In this document: piece by piece, positions 7,461-10,706 of the stretch
How positions within the stretch are numbered: the first letter of the stretch is position 1
Layout of the letters: each line of letters opens with the position of its first letter
NCBI GenBank assembly: GCA_977017575.1
Contig: CDRNVI010000237.1
Span: forward strand, 1-10,706
Origin: Paramoeba atlantica
Lineage: Eukaryota; Protista; Discosea
DNA: 10,706 nucleotides
Reading direction: 5' to 3'
Notes under the pieces: model-generated
The model's input: only the letters and a program-made list of their open reading frames with translations
Database searches by the model: none
What the model was told of the DNA's origin: nothing
Program-made: the position numbers and the translations under genes

Positions 7461-7892
7461 CTATCGTTCCACAGGTTCTGAACTGATTGAACTCTCGGCA
7501 AATTCATTAAACTCTTCATTCGTTTGATTCTCAGGTCCACCATATTTAGGAGGATAGCGCTCTCCTCGAAGCGAAGTCCCACCCGGACCTGTAATCTGAA
7601 TTGCAATGAGGCCTATTCTTGTTCGAAGTGTCCGAAATTCGACTTCCTCACTCACATTAAGGTATCTGTCTGTTGCAAGTGCTGGAACCCGACCAGCGTA
7701 CCGGACACCGCCCGGAGTGTGGTCCAACAAAAACAGTTCATCTTCCTTCGCAAGAAATTCAAGACCTGTTTCTATTTCCTTTACACAGCCTTGGCGCCTC
7801 ACGCTATCCCAAGAGACACAAATACCGTATTTTATGGCGAGTTTACGCGGGATCAAAACGCTTTGAGAGGCTAGGCACAAAGCTTTTCGCAT
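7461..7892 (-). CDS. 143-aa cold-shock-domain (CSD/Y-box-like OB-fold) protein with a possible mitochondrial presequence
   Basis: GICVSWDSVRRQGCV...LNVSEEVEF...GLIAIQITGPGGTSLRGERY follows the CSD layout G.V.W...G.GFI...L..G..VEF...G..A.NVTGPGG of Y-box proteins and kinetoplastid RBP16. First ATG 7892 (track start 7901 is TTG); MRKALCLASQSVLIPRK is basic with no acidic residues. Stop TAG 7463-7461. Confidence 0.7.
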   Translation of the reverse strand: MRKALCLASQSVLIPRKLAIKYGICVSWDSVRRQGCVKEIETGLEFLAKEDELFLLDHTPGGVRYAGRVPALATDRYLNVSEEVEFRTLRTRIGLIAIQITGPGGTSLRGERYPPKYGGPENQTNEEFNEFAESSISSEPVER

Positions 7893-8008
7893 GAAATTCA
7901 AGAAAAACTACACCTGTGGCTAGAAATAAGTTAAGTCTGATGTGGATTTCAAGAAAACTCTTTCATAGACGATATAATACACAAACAATATACAACGTGA
8001 ACGACATA

Positions 8009-8042
8009 ATATACAAATGGATATACAAATGGATATACAAAT
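8009..8042. repeat. 12-bp tandem repeat ATATACAAATGG x2.8
   Basis: Units at 8009-8020, 8021-8032 and a partial unit at 8033-8042. Confidence 0.85.
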
Positions 8043-8894
8043 TCGCAAGTACTGTAAACCCCATGGTTATTTGTCACACGTTACCCCCCCCCTAGTTATC
8101 TGTCACTTTTGGTGGAATCTCCCTTTTCTAGGTGTCAAATTGTGGCACACCAGGTTGACAAAAGGTTGTTTGTTCATACAGGGCAGTACCTGTAGAGATA
8201 ATTAGGTCGAGAAGGGGTAAGCGCAATCAACGCTCCCTGCTGGACCTTTTCGCCTTCCGAGGCAACACAGGGAAAAGCGCGGGATATCCTCCCCAGGAAA
8301 GCGAAAAGAGACGGCCTCATCGGGATAAGAAGTCCCGAGATGTTTCGTAAGCGCAGTGCGCCAGGAAAGATATACGGATTTGTCGGACGCGGATGATATT
8401 CCCATCGTACATGCTACAAATGACTTCCATGGTTCATGATACAACATGGTCAGGGCCATGGATGCATGCTGGCAAATGGGGTCATGGTTCATGATGCATC
8501 ATAGGCATCGGGGTCCCACAGAATCCGCCACGGCTGGTGAGCAAGAGAGGTGCATAGAACATCCTCTAGAACACGCATACAACGTGTTTTGCTCGCCGTG
8601 TGGGAGACTTCCGGTATATGGAAGCCTCCTACGCGCAGAAGTACCGGTGTCGCCGGATAGTGAAGGCACGCCGCGTGGTCCCGTAGTAGGGTCCTGCAGC
8701 GCATGGGGACTCGGAACCGTGTTCCGAGCGGGGGAGCTGGGAGATGAGGGAAGGGAGGCGCACCCCTACTTTGCGACAAGAGGGACAGTTCCTCTCCTAG
8801 CGCCATCCGGAAACAGGCATTGACATGTAAAAATATGCCCGTTTCGGGAGAGAAAAGATGAGCTAGGAAAAAAGTACCAACAAGGTACAGAAAC

Positions 8895-8950
8895 TGAGGG
8901 TGTTGCTAATCCCTGGGCAGCATACTGTCCAGAGATTAGCAACACCCTCA
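8895..8950. other. Isolated 56-nt hairpin
   Basis: TGAGGGTGTTGCTAATC (8895-8911) pairs perfectly with GATTAGCAACACCCTCA (8934-8950). Then a C/A mismatch, an 8-bp stem CTGGGCAG/CTGTCCAG with one G:T pair, and loop CATA. Confidence 0.85.
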
Positions 8951-9024
8951 TTATCACAGACTTCATAAGCACCTTGGAACCGGGACCAAGCCCAGTACGC
9001 CTGGCAAGCCATGGCACCGAATAG

Positions 9025-9064
9025 CTCTTCTTTTTTCTCCTTTTTTCTTCTTATCTCTCAAAAG
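9025..9064 (+). promoter_or_regulatory. Polypyrimidine tract followed by AG; candidate (trans-)splice acceptor
   Basis: CTCTTCTTTTTTCTCCTTTTTTCTTCTTATCTCTC (9025-9059, a single purine), then AAAAG ending at 9064; ATG at 9074. Function is inferred only. Confidence 0.35.
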
Positions 9065-9529
9065 CGGGACCATATGCTTGCTCACATCGTTCGAAGATCA
9101 GTTTCGGACGTCATATCCCGAGTCACCTACCGTTCGTAAAGCACACTAACATTCACAAAGACCACCGCTACTAAAAGCTCTAAACTGCGGTACGTTTGAC
9201 GGCGCGCTGGATCAAACAGCGAGGCGATCACATTTTGAAAAGTAGACTTCCTTATTTCTATACCCCCTTTTCTTCACTTTTTCAAAAGTAACAATTCGAA
9301 ACAAAAGCTTCTTTTTTTCTCTGTGACAATCGTAGGAAATGTTCACACATTTCCAGAGCACCTTCATCCTACAAACATCAGTCAAGCTATGGATGGTGCC
9401 ACCAATCCTCCTCTTCTTCCTTCACCTCAAAAAGGACTTGAAACAATACATTAAAAAACAACATCAAATCGGATCTGAATCTCCGATACTCCGGTCGAAA
9501 TCTCCTCATCGCGCAAACCAAAGTCCAAA

Positions 9530-10695
9530 CCTCACTACACCAATTGTAGCGGAAACAGAGCCATAAAAGGCCTAAAAGATCATAAAATCCGGAACGCAAA
9601 ACAAGTCCAAAGGACCTCACTACACCAATTGTAGTGGAAATAGAGCCATAAAAGGCATCGGATCATAAAATCCGGAACATAAAACAAGTCCAAAGGACCT
9701 CACTACACCAATTGTAGTGGAAATAGAGCCATAAAAGGCCTCGGATCATAAAATCCGGAACACTAAACAAGTCCAAAGGACCTCTCACTACAAGTGTAGT
9801 GGAAATAGAGCCATAAGGGGCCTCGCATCATATAATCCGGAACGCAAAGCAAGTCCAAAGGACCTCACTACACCAATTGTAGTGGAAATAGAGCCATAAA
9901 AGGCATCGGATCATAAAATCCGGAACATAAAACAAGTCCAAAGGACCTCACTACACCAATTGTAGTGGAAATAGAGCCATAAAAGGCCTCGGATCATAAA
10001 ATCCGGAACACTAAACAAGTCCAAAGGACCTCTCACTACAAGTGTAGTGGAAATAGAGCCATAAGGGGCCTCGCATCATATAATCCGGAACGCAAAGCAA
10101 GTCCAAAGGACCTCACTACACCAATTGTAGTGGAAATAGAGCCATAAAAGGCATCGGATCATAAAATCCGGAACATAAAACAAATCCAAAGGACCTCACT
10201 ACAAGTGTAGTGGAAATAGAGCCATAAGGGGCCTCGGATCATATAATCCGGAACGCAAAGCAAGTCCAAAGGACCTCACTACACCAATTGTAGTGGAAAT
10301 AGAGCCATAAAAGGCATCGGATCATAAAATCCGGAACACAAAACAAGTCCAAAGGACCTCACTACACCAATTGTAGTGGAAATAGAGCCATAAAAGGCAT
10401 CGGATCATATAATCCGGAACGCAAAACAAGTCCAAAGGACCTCACTACACCAATTGTAGTGGAAATAGAGCCATAAAAGGCATCGGATCATAAAATCCGG
10501 AACATAAAACAAGTCCAAAGGACCTCACTACACCAATTGCAGTGGAAATGGAGCCATAAACGGCCTCGGATCATAAAATCCGGAACACTAAACAAGTCCA
10601 AAGGACCTCTCACTACAAGTGTAGTGGAAACAGAGCCATAAGGGGCCTCGGATCATAAAATCCGGAACGCGAAGCAAGTCTCAAAGACCTCACCA
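9530..10695. repeat. Tandem array of 14 full ~83-bp units (80-85 bp) with 248-bp higher-order repeats
   Basis: Consensus CCTCACTACACCAATTGTAGTGGAAATAGAGCCATAAAAGGCATCGGATCATAAAATCCGGAACATAAAACAAGTCCAAAGGA. Unit starts: 9530, 9615, 9698, 9781, 9863, 9946, 10029, 10111, 10194, 10274, 10357, 10440, 10523, 10606; partial at 10688. Confidence 0.97.
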
Positions 10696-10706
10696 CACGA
10701 CGGAAC

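Noticed and set aside
7461-7901. ORF as a retrotransposon AP-endonuclease relic (SWDS...LEFL...LFLL pattern)
   Set aside because: It lacks the GDFN and SDH catalytic motifs. The VEF...A.xITGPGG pattern fits a cold-shock domain much better, and the ORF is intact.
8821-8823. TGA readthrough or a reassigned genetic code joining 8446-8823 to 8824-9024
   Set aside because: The three credible genes end in TGA, TAA and TAG respectively, consistent with the standard code. The joined product has no recognisable motif.
9530-10695. CRISPR array or tandem tRNA genes (palindromic, tRNA-sized units)
   Set aside because: There are no unique spacers; the whole unit repeats. No cas genes, and the context is eukaryotic. 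No cloverleaf or GTTCRA T-loop on either strand.
9339-10695. Array as a coding repeat protein (ORFs 9339-9566 +, 9387-9620 -)
   Set aside because: Neither 83 nor 248 is a multiple of 3, and reading the consensus across units on the minus strand hits stops. The two ORFs only touch the array edge and have no recognisable motif.

Overview
Eukaryotic, apparently intronless region; no prokaryotic features. Three recognisable protein genes lie on the minus strand: a DDX51/Dbp6-like DEAD-box helicase with two C-terminal RanBP2-type zinc fingers (425-2452), a protein with a C-terminal bromodomain (6013-6852), and a small cold-shock-domain protein with degenerate RNP motifs (7461-7892). A possible fourth minus-strand gene runs off the left edge. 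Between the helicase and bromodomain genes is a decayed 2.7-kb Tc1/mariner (pogo-like, DDE_1) DNA transposon (2586-5318) that the ORF track misses. It has TA-flanked terminal inverted repeats, a stop- and frameshift-disrupted transposase, nested repeat modules and a 111-bp near-perfect palindrome across its right junction. Other non-coding structure: a 16-tract G-rich island (7039-7179), a 56-nt hairpin (8895-8950), and a 14-unit array of ~83-bp repeats with 248-bp higher-order structure and two hairpins per unit (9530-10695). Gene layout and protein style suggest a kinetoplastid-like protist, but this is inference only. All translations, alignments and counts were done by eye; no database searches were run.
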